Below, in pieces: positions 25,230 to 33,822 of a stretch of DNA of 64,000 nucleotides (positions are counted from its first letter, which is position 1; the number at the start of each line of letters is the position of its first letter). This stretch comes from Eubacteriales bacterium (GTDB lineage Bacteria; Bacillota; Clostridia; Lachnospirales; Lachnospiraceae). The notes below the pieces were generated by a model. The model saw only the letters and a list, made by a program, of their open reading frames with translations. It ran no database searches and had not been told where the DNA came from. Location: NCBI GenBank assembly GCA_030537135.1, contig JAUNOP010000002.1:10507-74506 (forward strand), written 5' to 3'. The translations under genes were made by a program, and so were the position numbers.

Positions 25230-28043
25230 ATGGAAAAGAAGGTAAGCCAGAAACAATATAAAAGACATGTTCAGACTGTCCTGCTTTTGCTGATTGCGGC
25301 TGCTGTTGCGCTGTTGGTGTTTTTCTGGGCAGTCCAGCAGGCAGTCGAGGCGAATGTAAAACAGAGTGTCTGCAGGAATGTGGAGAACCAGAACAAATAT
25401 TTTCAGATGACTCTGGATATCCAATACAGCTATCTGGAGGCAGCGGCAGGAAAGGTTGGATTCTCCAAACAGCTTTTTTCGGAGGATAATATGGATCTGA
25501 TTCGCTCTATCACAGAGTGTACAGAACTCGATAGAGTGGCGATTATTGACAGCAGCGGTGAGTCGCATTATGACAACGGCGAGGTCAAGTCAGTAAAAGA
25601 GAGAAGATATTTTGCCGAGGGGATGGCAGGAAGCCGGACAATCAGCGATCCGCTGGAGAGCAAGGTATCTGGACAGACCCGGGTAATCCTCGGCGTACCT
25701 ATCTGGAAGGACGGGAAGACCGGAGGGGAAGTCATCGGCATTCTGGGAGGTTCTTATGATGTGTCTACGCTGAGCCAGCTCCTTTTTGGGGATATTTACG
25801 GCGGCAAGGGGAATCCCTTTCTGGCAGCAAAGGATGGCAAAATCATTGCCTACGGCGAGGAAAGCATGGAAAGCCTGAAAGATAAGGATAACCTGTTTGA
25901 TTTTTATAGCGAGATGTATGGCGACACCCGTGCAATCGTCCAGATGCGCAGAGACTTTGCAGCGGGGAAGTCAGGCTTTTTGCAGATAAAGAAAAGGACA
26001 TCTATACGCAATGTGGCTTATGAGCCGTTTGGTTACAATGGCTGGATGATTTGTTATGGAGTGTCTTCCGAGGATGCAGAGAAGGACTATCGCTTTATCA
26101 GCCACTATGAAATGATATTGCTGATAGTGATGGTAGGTCTTGTGTTGTGTATGATATTCTCCTTTGTAAATGTCAACGGCGTCCGGCAGAAGGAACTGAT
26201 AAAGCTTGCCAGCACAGATGCTCTGACAGAACTGCACAGCAAAAAAAGCACTGAGGATCAGATTCAGAAATGGCTGAGTCCGGAGAACGAAGCCTTGAAA
26301 GGAATCCAGGCATTTTTGATCATGGACGTCGATTATTTTAAGGAGGTCAATGATAATTACGGACACACAGTTGGCGATGAGGTGCTGCGCCAGATAGGCG
26401 GATGCATCAAAAAAGTTTTTCGCAGTACAGATATCATGGGAAGAATCGGCGGCGATGAGTTTGCTGTTTTCATTAAAAATGTAGGGTCTGTTGAGAATGT
26501 GGAACACAAGGCGGTGGAGCTGGCTGAGCGAATCCGCCAGATGACTGTCCCAGAGCTGGCTGATCAGAGAATTACCTGCAGCATTGGGGTGGCCTGCTAT
26601 CCAAAACATGGGAGAACCTATCTGGAGCTGTTTAAGCATGCAGATATGGCGCTGTATGAGACAAAGGATCGTGGGCGCAACGGTTATACCATATATTGTG
26701 CAGACGGCAGTGTGCAGAATGAGGACAGCTTTGTGCAGCGCGCGTACACGGAAATCAATCCGCTTACTGGTTTGTACTTCAATAAGGCGTTCTTCAGGAA
26801 GGCGAATGAATATATTCAGAGGGAGGAAAACAGCGCTTATTTGATGGCGGCCATTGATATTGAACATTTCCGGCTGTTTAATACTCTTTACGGCAGGAAA
26901 GAGGGCGATCGCTTTTTGGTGTATATTGCTGAATGTCTGCTGCAGGTGCAGAGGGAAGGAAAAGGGATAGCCGGATATCTGGGAGGCGATAACTTTTGCG
27001 TTATTCTCTCGTCTCATCACAGGATTTTGCCGAGAATTCAGAGGGAAATTACAGAGAAGGTGGAGGAATGGAGCCGGTCCGTGGCATTTTTGCCGGCATT
27101 TGGTATTTATTATATTATGGACAAAACCATGCCCGCAGTAGCTATGTATGACTGCGCTACCATGGCGCTGTCCCGTGTTTATGGCAATTATTCGCAGAGA
27201 AGCTGCGTATTCAGCAACCAGATGATTCGGCAGACAGAAGAGGAAATCCTTCTGATCAATGAGATCAAGGAAGGAATCGAGCGAGAGGAATTTGTCTTTT
27301 ACGTGCAGCCCCAGTGCCGTATTTCTTCTGACAAGCTGAAAATTGTAGGAGGCGAGTGTCTGGTGCGCTGGAACCATCCGAAACGGGGTATAATCTCACC
27401 GGGAGAATTTGTTCCAATTCTGGAACAAAGCGGATTTTTGGCGGAGCTTGATCGTTACACATGGCAAAAGGCGTGTCAGTGGCTAAGCAGCTGGATTGGC
27501 AGGGGAAAAAGCATAGTTCCGATTTCAATCAATGTGTCGCGGATTGACATTCTTTCTATGGATGTACTCGGATATTTGAAAGGGCTGATTGAAGAATATA
27601 AGGTGCCGCCGCAGCTTTTGCAGCTGGAGATTACGGAAAGTGTATATGCAGATGAAAATAAAGCAATCCTGGAAACACTGGAGCTGTTGCAGCAGGCGGG
27701 ATTTATGGTAATAATGGATGACTTTGGAAGCGGTTATTCATCTTTAAATATGCTCAAGAGCGTGACAGTGGATGCGTTGAAGATCGATATGAAATTCCTT
27801 CAGTTTGATAAGAATCAGGAAGAGCGTGGACTAAATATTCTGGGCTCCGTAATCCGTATGTCACAGGGCATCGGACTCCCTACGATTATGGAGGGCGTTG
27901 AGAACCGCGCTCAGCAGGAATTTCTGGAATCTATGGGCTGCTGCTATGTCCAGGGCTTTTACTACTTCCGCCCAATGCCTGTGCAGGATTTTGAAAAGCT
28001 GATTTCGGACGAGAATGTACTGGATCAGGGCGGCTTTCAGTGA
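25230..28043 (+). CDS. membrane sensor: Cache-like periplasmic domain, GGDEF (with I-site), degenerate GGDEF, EAL
   Basis: Two TM segments flank a domain of about 260 aa. The first GGDEF is RSTDIMGRIGGDEFAV, with RxxD five residues before GGDEF. The second is YLGGDNFCV. The EAL domain carries GGECLVRW, QLEITES, DDFGSGYSSL, LKIDMKF and EGVE. The ATG at 25230 follows GGTGAGG. Confidence 0.9.
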   Translation: MEKKVSQKQYKRHVQTVLLLLIAAAVALLVFFWAVQQAVEANVKQSVCRNVENQNKYFQMTLDIQYSYLEAAAGKVGFSKQLFSEDNMDLIRSITECTELDRVAIIDSSGESHYDNGEVKSVKERRYFAEGMAGSRTISDPLESKVSGQTRVILGVPIWKDGKTGGEVIGILGGSYDVSTLSQLLFGDIYGGKGNPFLAAKDGKIIAYGEESMESLKDKDNLFDFYSEMYGDTRAIVQMRRDFAAGKSGFLQIKKRTSIRNVAYEPFGYNGWMICYGVSSEDAEKDYRFISHYEMILLIVMVGLVLCMIFSFVNVNGVRQKELIKLASTDALTELHSKKSTEDQIQKWLSPENEALKGIQAFLIMDVDYFKEVNDNYGHTVGDEVLRQIGGCIKKVFRSTDIMGRIGGDEFAVFIKNVGSVENVEHKAVELAERIRQMTVPELADQRITCSIGVACYPKHGRTYLELFKHADMALYETKDRGRNGYTIYCADGSVQNEDSFVQRAYTEINPLTGLYFNKAFFRKANEYIQREENSAYLMAAIDIEHFRLFNTLYGRKEGDRFLVYIAECLLQVQREGKGIAGYLGGDNFCVILSSHHRILPRIQREITEKVEEWSRSVAFLPAFGIYYIMDKTMPAVAMYDCATMALSRVYGNYSQRSCVFSNQMIRQTEEEILLINEIKEGIEREEFVFYVQPQCRISSDKLKIVGGECLVRWNHPKRGIISPGEFVPILEQSGFLAELDRYTWQKACQWLSSWIGRGKSIVPISINVSRIDILSMDVLGYLKGLIEEYKVPPQLLQLEITESVYADENKAILETLELLQQAGFMVIMDDFGSGYSSLNMLKSVTVDALKIDMKFLQFDKNQEERGLNILGSVIRMSQGIGLPTIMEGVENRAQQEFLESMGCCYVQGFYYFRPMPVQDFEKLISDENVLDQGGFQ

Positions 28044-28139
28044 GAAGCTTTTTTGCTCTCAAGGCCGTGTACAAAGCCTTGAGCTCCTGTCTGTAATATA
28101 ATGAGGCTGTATGATTGAGAAAAGCTAAGGAGGGATAGT

Positions 28140-29099
28140 GTGAAAAATAAAATACGGGTACTTTTTTTGGTGGGAACCATGGCGATTTGCCTGGGGGGCT
28201 TTGAAGCAAGGGCAGATGTCGTGGAGGCAGCGAACATGCAGGGTGAGGAAAGTATGCTTTCTTTTCAGGATCTGACAGGGCGTCAGTTCTGCTTTGCCAG
28301 CGGAGCCGGCGCCTGGGCTACCCTGCTGACAATACAGGAGGACGGAAGCTTTTCTGGCGAATATTTTGACAGAGACATGGGAGCATCGGGCGACGCTTAC
28401 CCGAATGGAACGATGTATCAGAGTAATTTCAGCGGAACCTTCACGCAGCCTGTAAGAGTGAATGCGTATACGTATTCCATGCAAATCCGTGAGATAAGCT
28501 ATGACAAGGAGGTTGGGACAGAAGAAATCATAGATGGCGTACTGTACCATTATACAGAGGTTTATGGCCTGGATGGTGCAGAAGATATTCTGGTCTATCT
28601 GCCGAATGCTCCCATTGCAGAGCTTCCCCAGGAATTCAGAAGCTGGGTGGGCTATTCGGATCTCCCGGCTTCTTCAGATACCACACTTCCATTTTATGCT
28701 TTATACAATGAGAAGGAACAGTGCGGCTTTTCCAGCTACAGCTTTCTTGACAATCTGAAAGAAACCGTGGCTGCTGCAGAGGAATCGGCGGCTGCTTTGG
28801 AAAATTCGATTCAGAATGAGTCCCTCAGTCAGGCGCAGCTCAATGAGAAAACAGGGCAGCTTTATGAGCTGTGGGATGGGGTATTAAACCATATCTGGAG
28901 TGTCTTAGAGCAGACAAAGGATGAAGAGACCATGATGGCTATCACAGAAGAAGAGCTTGCATGGCTCAATCAAAAGGAAGAAGCAGCAGCGCAGGCAGGC
29001 GCAGAGTTTGAGGGCGGTTCGCTGCAGCCAATGGTTATGAATCAAACGGCAGCAGAAATGACCAAGGCCAGAGTCTATGAGCTTTTGGAGCTGTTCTAA
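28140..29099 (+). CDS. secreted protein with C-terminal DUF1311 (LprI-like) domain
   Basis: Signal peptide KIRVLFLVGTMAICLGGFEARA. The C-terminus LYELWDGVLNHIWSVL...EELAWLNQKE...EGGSLQPMV...TKARVYELLE matches the DUF1311 pattern. GTG start follows AAGGAGGG. Confidence 0.55.
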   Translation: MKNKIRVLFLVGTMAICLGGFEARADVVEAANMQGEESMLSFQDLTGRQFCFASGAGAWATLLTIQEDGSFSGEYFDRDMGASGDAYPNGTMYQSNFSGTFTQPVRVNAYTYSMQIREISYDKEVGTEEIIDGVLYHYTEVYGLDGAEDILVYLPNAPIAELPQEFRSWVGYSDLPASSDTTLPFYALYNEKEQCGFSSYSFLDNLKETVAAAEESAAALENSIQNESLSQAQLNEKTGQLYELWDGVLNHIWSVLEQTKDEETMMAITEEELAWLNQKEEAAAQAGAEFEGGSLQPMVMNQTAAEMTKARVYELLELF

Positions 29100-29107
29100 C
29101 GCAGGCG

Positions 29108-29155
29108 GTGCGGCGAGGACAGGCTGACACGTGTCTCTGTCTGTCCTCACCGCAC
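29108..29155. terminator. long hairpin between convergent genes (bidirectional terminator candidate)
   Basis: GTGCGGCGAGGACAG (29108-29122) pairs with CTGTCCTCACCGCAC (29141-29155) with one mismatch. The loop contains the palindrome GACACGTGTC. There is no clear U-tract. Confidence 0.45.
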
Positions 29156-29163
29156 TGTGAGCC

Positions 29164-29841
29164 TCAGCTCTGAGCATTTTCTTCAATCAAATCTTTAATC
29201 TGTTCCATCTTTATATCAAGAGCTGCGCTGGATTCGGCACAGTCTTTCAAATCCTTTGCCAGCATCTGAGTGAGCTCAGGACTCAGGTTCTTTTTGTAGC
29301 GCATTCGGTGTTCTAGGTTTGCCCAGAAATCCATGGCTATGGTGCGAAGCTGAACCTCAACCTTCATCATGCGTTTCTCGTCCTTGAGAAAGATAGGAGT
29401 CTCCACAATGAGATGAAGGCTTCTGTAGCCATTTGGCTTGGGATGCTTGATATAATCCTTTCTTTCAAGCAGCCATACATCATCCTGTTCAAGAAGACAG
29501 TCTGCAAGCAGGTAGATATCCTTGATAAAGGGGCAGATAACACGCACGCCTGCCACATCGTTCAGATTGGCTTCCACAGATTCTATATTTAACGGAAGAT
29601 TTTTGCGCTTCATTTTTTCCAGAATGCTTTCCGGAGATTTCAGGCGGGTTTTTATGGTATCAATAGGATTGTGTTCCTGTTCCAGGGAAAACTGACGGTT
29701 CAGAACATTGAATTTTGTTTCGATTTCCAGCAGGGCGCAGCTATAGTAGGTCATAAGGCGCTTTGAGAAATCCAGGTTTTCTTTAAAGGCTTCGATGGTT
29801 TCCTGCGGCATATTGGGTATTAGATTTTCAATCGGGTTCAT
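29164..29841 (-). CDS. small alarmone synthetase (RelQ/RelP-type GTP pyrophosphokinase)
   Basis: RelA/SpoT synthetase core DVAGVRVICPFIKDIY...PKPNGYRSLHLIV...VEVQLRTIAMDFWANLEH. The start is set at the ATG at 29841 behind GAAAGGAA, so the track N-terminal extension is rejected. Confidence 0.85.
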   Translation of the reverse strand: MNPIENLIPNMPQETIEAFKENLDFSKRLMTYYSCALLEIETKFNVLNRQFSLEQEHNPIDTIKTRLKSPESILEKMKRKNLPLNIESVEANLNDVAGVRVICPFIKDIYLLADCLLEQDDVWLLERKDYIKHPKPNGYRSLHLIVETPIFLKDEKRMMKVEVQLRTIAMDFWANLEHRMRYKKNLSPELTQMLAKDLKDCAESSAALDIKMEQIKDLIEENAQS

Positions 29842-30336
29842 AAATAAATTCCTTTCGTTATTGTAGGCGGAAACCCACTGTCCTTGGACGGTGGGAGGAG
29901 CCTTGTAAATGGTTACCAAAAATAATATCCTATGTTATAATACACGCATAGGAGAAAACCGTTGGGAGCATTTGCTCTGAAGGCACTCTTTTGTACTTTG
30001 AAAAGTTAAGATATGAGGTTTTTAACACCAACCGTTGTTAATGTAAAATCTTAAACGTAATGATATATACTGTAAAGCATGGAAAGTTTTCGTACCGTTT
30101 ACAGTTACAGCTGAGTAAATCTTTGCTGTAAAGGGTGCTGTCAACCACCCTATGATGTAATGTCACTTTAGGTAGTAATACCTATTGGGGTTTTAAAAGG
30201 TCGGAGGCATAAGCAGTTACTACGACTGGGCAGTTGACAAAATAAGAGTAGTGAAAATCAAGATTTTTGTCAAGAATATTTGACGAGTTCTTAAAAAAAT
30301 CACAAATGAAGCACAGCCTCTGTCTGCACGCGGCTC

Positions 30337-30365
30337 TTGTAATTTTGTCAGGGAAATGTTATACT
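30337..30365 (+). promoter_or_regulatory. sigma-A-type promoter of the TM1266-hydG-hydF unit
   Basis: TTGTAA (30337-30342), a 17-nt spacer, then TATACT (30360-30365). Confidence 0.5.
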
Positions 30366-30504
30366 TTGGCTATCATATCCAGACCTCGAAGGGCTGTACC
30401 TGAGAGGAAAGGGCCGCAGACAGAAGAAATGAATATACTGTAGGAGCGCCCGTAGGAGCGCTTTGTTTTTTTATGGGTATATCTGTTTACAGGGAGGAAA
30501 TAAT

Positions 30505-30759
30505 ATGGACACAAGACTCGCAGCAATTACCATCATTGTGGAGGACAGGGAAAGCGCAGAGGCAATCAATCGTCTGCTTCACCTGTATGGAGATTATATT
30601 GTCGGCAGGATGGGGATTCCCTACAGGCCGAGGAAGGTGTCTGTTATCAGTGTTATTTTGGATGCTCCTCAGGATAAAATCAGCGCTCTGTCAGGAAAGT
30701 TGGGAATGCTTCCTGGCGTGAGCAGCAAGACGGTTTATTCCAAAGAAGCAAAAAAATAA
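30505..30759 (+). CDS. TM1266-family small protein (iron-only hydrogenase system regulator)
   Basis: 84 aa. AAITIIVEDRESAEAINRLLHLYGDYIVGRMGIPYRPRKVSVISVILDAPQDKISALSGKLGMLPGVSSK matches my recollection of the TM1266 family that accompanies hydG/E/F. ATG follows GGGAGGAAA. Confidence 0.65.
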   Translation: MDTRLAAITIIVEDRESAEAINRLLHLYGDYIVGRMGIPYRPRKVSVISVILDAPQDKISALSGKLGMLPGVSSKTVYSKEAKK

Positions 30760-30877
30760 GAATTTCTTTCACATGTCTGCAGTGTCTGAAAGAAAGCAGG
30801 CTGCTCAAGCGAACAGTAACCTCGCGTTCCCCGTCATCGTCTGGGTAGAGAATAAGGAACAAGAGAGGAAAAAAATC

Positions 30878-32296
30878 ATGTATCGTGTGGATTCCATGAA
30901 GGCAGAGGAGTTTATTTCCCATGAGGAGATTATGGATACTCTGGCCTATGCACAGGAGAACAAAAACAATGTAGAGCTGATTGACAGAATTCTTGCCAGA
31001 GCCAGACAGAGAAAGGGGCTGAACCACAGGGAGGCCTCTGTTCTTCTTGTCTGTGAGGATGAGGAGAAGAATCAGGAAATCTATGCCCTTGCAGAGCAGA
31101 TTAAGAAGGATTTCTATGGAAACAGAATTGTTATGTTTGCACCGCTGTATCTTTCTAATTACTGTATCAATGGCTGCATATACTGCCCCTTCCATGCCAA
31201 AAACAAGCATATTCCAAGAAAGAAGCTGACCCAGGAGGAGATCCGCAGGGAGGTGATTGCCCTTCAGGATATGGGGCATAAGCGTCTGGCTCTTGAAACC
31301 GGGGAGGATCCGAAAAACTGTCCCATTGAATATGTGCTGGAGAGCATTCGCACTATCTACAGCATTCATCATAAGAACGGAGATATCCGCAGAGTTAATG
31401 TGAACATTGCTGCCACAACCGTGGAAAATTATCGAAAATTAAAGGAAGCAGGCATAGGAACCTATATTCTTTTCCAGGAAACCTATCATAAGGAATCTTA
31501 TGAAAAGCTTCATCCAACAGGACCAAAGCATGACTATGCCTATCATACAGAAGCCATGGACAGAGCCATGGAGGGCGGCATTGACGATGTGGGAATCGGC
31601 GCTCTCTTTGGACTGGAGCTGTATCGCTATGAATTTGCCGGTCTTCTCATGCATGCAGAACACCTGGAGGCAGTACACGGAGTAGGACCTCATACCATTA
31701 GTGTTCCGAGAATCCGCAGAGCAGATGATATCGACCCAGATACCTTTGATAATGGAATTGACGACGATACCTTTGCAAAGCTGGTAGCCTGCATCCGTAT
31801 CGCTGTTCCGTATACAGGTATGATTATCTCTACAAGAGAAAGCCAGAAATGCAGAGAGAGGGTTCTTCACCTGGGCGTTTCCCAGATAAGCGGCGGTTCC
31901 AGAACAAGCGTGGGAGGCTATGTGGAACCTGAACCAGAGGAGGAAAGCTCGGCGCAGTTTGATATCAGCGACAACCGAACCCTGGATGAGGTAGTAAACT
32001 GGCTGATAAAGATGGGCTACATTCCGAGCTTTTGCACAGCCTGCTACAGAGAGGGCCGTACAGGAGATCGTTTTATGAGTCTCTGTAAGAGCGGGCAGAT
32101 TCAGAACTGCTGTCATCCCAATGCATTGATGACTCTGAAAGAATATATGGAGGATTATGCATCTGAGGACACCAGGAGGGCAGGAGAGCTTCTGATTCAA
32201 AGAGAGCTTTCCAATATTCCGAGAGAGAAGACCAGAGAAATCGTGGTCAGAAATCTCGCGGAGATTGAAAAGGGAAAGAGAGATTTCCGATTCTAG
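30878..32296 (+). CDS. hydG: [FeFe]-hydrogenase H-cluster radical SAM maturase HydG
   Basis: 472 aa from the ATG at 30878. Radical SAM motif CINGCIYCPF. C-terminal Fe-S motif CTACYREGRTGDRFM...CCHPNAL typical of HydG (ThiH-like). Confidence 0.88.
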   Translation: MYRVDSMKAEEFISHEEIMDTLAYAQENKNNVELIDRILARARQRKGLNHREASVLLVCEDEEKNQEIYALAEQIKKDFYGNRIVMFAPLYLSNYCINGCIYCPFHAKNKHIPRKKLTQEEIRREVIALQDMGHKRLALETGEDPKNCPIEYVLESIRTIYSIHHKNGDIRRVNVNIAATTVENYRKLKEAGIGTYILFQETYHKESYEKLHPTGPKHDYAYHTEAMDRAMEGGIDDVGIGALFGLELYRYEFAGLLMHAEHLEAVHGVGPHTISVPRIRRADDIDPDTFDNGIDDDTFAKLVACIRIAVPYTGMIISTRESQKCRERVLHLGVSQISGGSRTSVGGYVEPEPEEESSAQFDISDNRTLDEVVNWLIKMGYIPSFCTACYREGRTGDRFMSLCKSGQIQNCCHPNALMTLKEYMEDYASEDTRRAGELLIQRELSNIPREKTREIVVRNLAEIEKGKRDFRF

Positions 32297-32315
32297 AGAG
32301 CAGGAGGGAAGAGCC

Positions 32316-33551
32316 ATGGGAATGAACAGCATACCATCTGCAGAGAGGGTGCATATCGGAATCTTTGGAAAGAGAAATTCAGGAAAGTCAAGTCTTATCA
32401 ATGCTATGACCGGTCAGAGGCTTTCTATTGTGTCAGAGGTAAAGGGAACTACCACAGACCCCGTGCAAAAGGCCATGGAGCTTTTGCCTCTGGGACCTGT
32501 GGTACTAATTGATACTCCTGGGATCGATGATGAGGGAGCGCTTGGAGCCATGCGCGTAGGCAGAAGCCTTCAGATGCTGAACAAATCCGATATGGCTCTT
32601 CTTGTTCTGGATGCAGGGAGGAAGGTGACAGAAGAGGATAAGGCTCTTCTTGCCCGTATCAGAGCCAAGAAGATTCCCTGCATGATTGCCTTGAACCAGT
32701 GCGATTTGTTCACAGAGCAGGAAATCAACAGGCAGATACAAGAGACAAAACAAAAGCTTGGAGAGGAAGCGGCAGGAATACAAATCCTTCCTGTAAGCGC
32801 CTCTTCTGGGTATCATATCACAGAACTCAAGGAGGCTCTTGCAGGGCTTCTCTCAGAGGAGGAACCCAGCAGGAGAATTGCGGCAGACCTTATAATTCCG
32901 GGAAAGCTCACAATCCTGGTGATTCCCATTGATAAGGCAGCCCCAAAGGGAAGGCTGATTCTTCCTCAGCAGCAGACAATCCGTGATATTCTGGAGGCTG
33001 GGGGCGCCTGTCTTGTTGTGCGGGATACAGAGCTTTCCCAGGTGCTATCCTCTCTGGAAGGGCAGGTGGGACTTGTTATTACGGACAGTCAGGCCTTTGG
33101 AGCTGTGTCTCGCATTGTGCCTGAGGGCATTTTGCTCACCTCTTTTTCCATTCTTTTTGCGAGATATAAGGGAGAACTAGAGCCTTTGCTCTCAGGAGTC
33201 GGCGCTTTAGAGGAGCTAAAGGATGGAGACAGGGTTCTTATTTCTGAAGGCTGTACCCACCATCGGCAGTGCGATGACATCGGTACGGTTAAGATACCGG
33301 GCTGGATTAGCGCTTACACAGGGAAGAAGCTTCATTTTTCCTTTACAAGCGGAGGAGAATTCCCGTCTGATTTATCCTCATATGGGCTTATCGTTCATTG
33401 CGGCGGCTGTATGCTCAATGCCAGGGAGATGCGTTATCGCATTGCCTGCGCCCTTGATGCCGGCGTTCCTATAACGAATTATGGAATGCTGATTGCCAGT
33501 ATTAAGGGCATTCTTGAGCGAAGTCTTGCGCCTGTGAGAGGAAAGCAATAG
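32316..33551 (+). CDS. hydF: [FeFe]-hydrogenase maturation GTPase HydF
   Basis: GTPase motifs GKRNSGKSSLINAM, DTPG and NQCD. C-terminal cluster ligands EGCTHHRQ...VHCGGCM. ATG at 32316 follows GGAGGGAAG. Confidence 0.85.
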   Translation: MGMNSIPSAERVHIGIFGKRNSGKSSLINAMTGQRLSIVSEVKGTTTDPVQKAMELLPLGPVVLIDTPGIDDEGALGAMRVGRSLQMLNKSDMALLVLDAGRKVTEEDKALLARIRAKKIPCMIALNQCDLFTEQEINRQIQETKQKLGEEAAGIQILPVSASSGYHITELKEALAGLLSEEEPSRRIAADLIIPGKLTILVIPIDKAAPKGRLILPQQQTIRDILEAGGACLVVRDTELSQVLSSLEGQVGLVITDSQAFGAVSRIVPEGILLTSFSILFARYKGELEPLLSGVGALEELKDGDRVLISEGCTHHRQCDDIGTVKIPGWISAYTGKKLHFSFTSGGEFPSDLSSYGLIVHCGGCMLNAREMRYRIACALDAGVPITNYGMLIASIKGILERSLAPVRGKQ

Positions 33552-33822
33552 AAAAAGAAAAATCGGGAGTTTTTTCCAAAAAAATCCATAAAATACGGCG
33601 AATATTATGCAGATAAAAATACCCCTGTGCGATTAAGCGAAAATAACAGCGAAGCAAATCAAAAATTGCCAATCTATGGTGAACGAAAGACAGCTTTTGG
33701 CGCCATTTTCGGCTTGATTCCGCCAAGAAGACTGTTCTATAATGACTCTTGTGCGGAGCTTTCAACAGGGCCCGATGGCTCCGCCGATTAGTCAGATAGA
33801 AAAGGGGAGGAGCCAGGACATT

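Noticed and set aside
25971-27377. 468-aa ORF on the minus strand
   Set aside because: It lies entirely antisense to the GGDEF-EAL gene, whose plus-strand translation carries unmistakable domain motifs. The minus ORF has no RBS or recognisable motifs and looks like a shadow ORF.
31439-32401. 320-aa minus-strand ORF
   Set aside because: It is antisense to hydG/hydF, which have clear radical-SAM and GTPase motifs. It has a Cys/Ser/Leu-rich composition with no family resemblance.
33552-33822. Spo0A boxes in the immediate spo0A upstream region
   Set aside because: Only degenerate GCGAA-containing half matches are present (GGCGAAT, AGCGAAA, AGCGAAG, AACGAAA), with no TGTCGAA. They are too weak to annotate. 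A TTGATT-18-TATAAT promoter is plausible but unremarkable.
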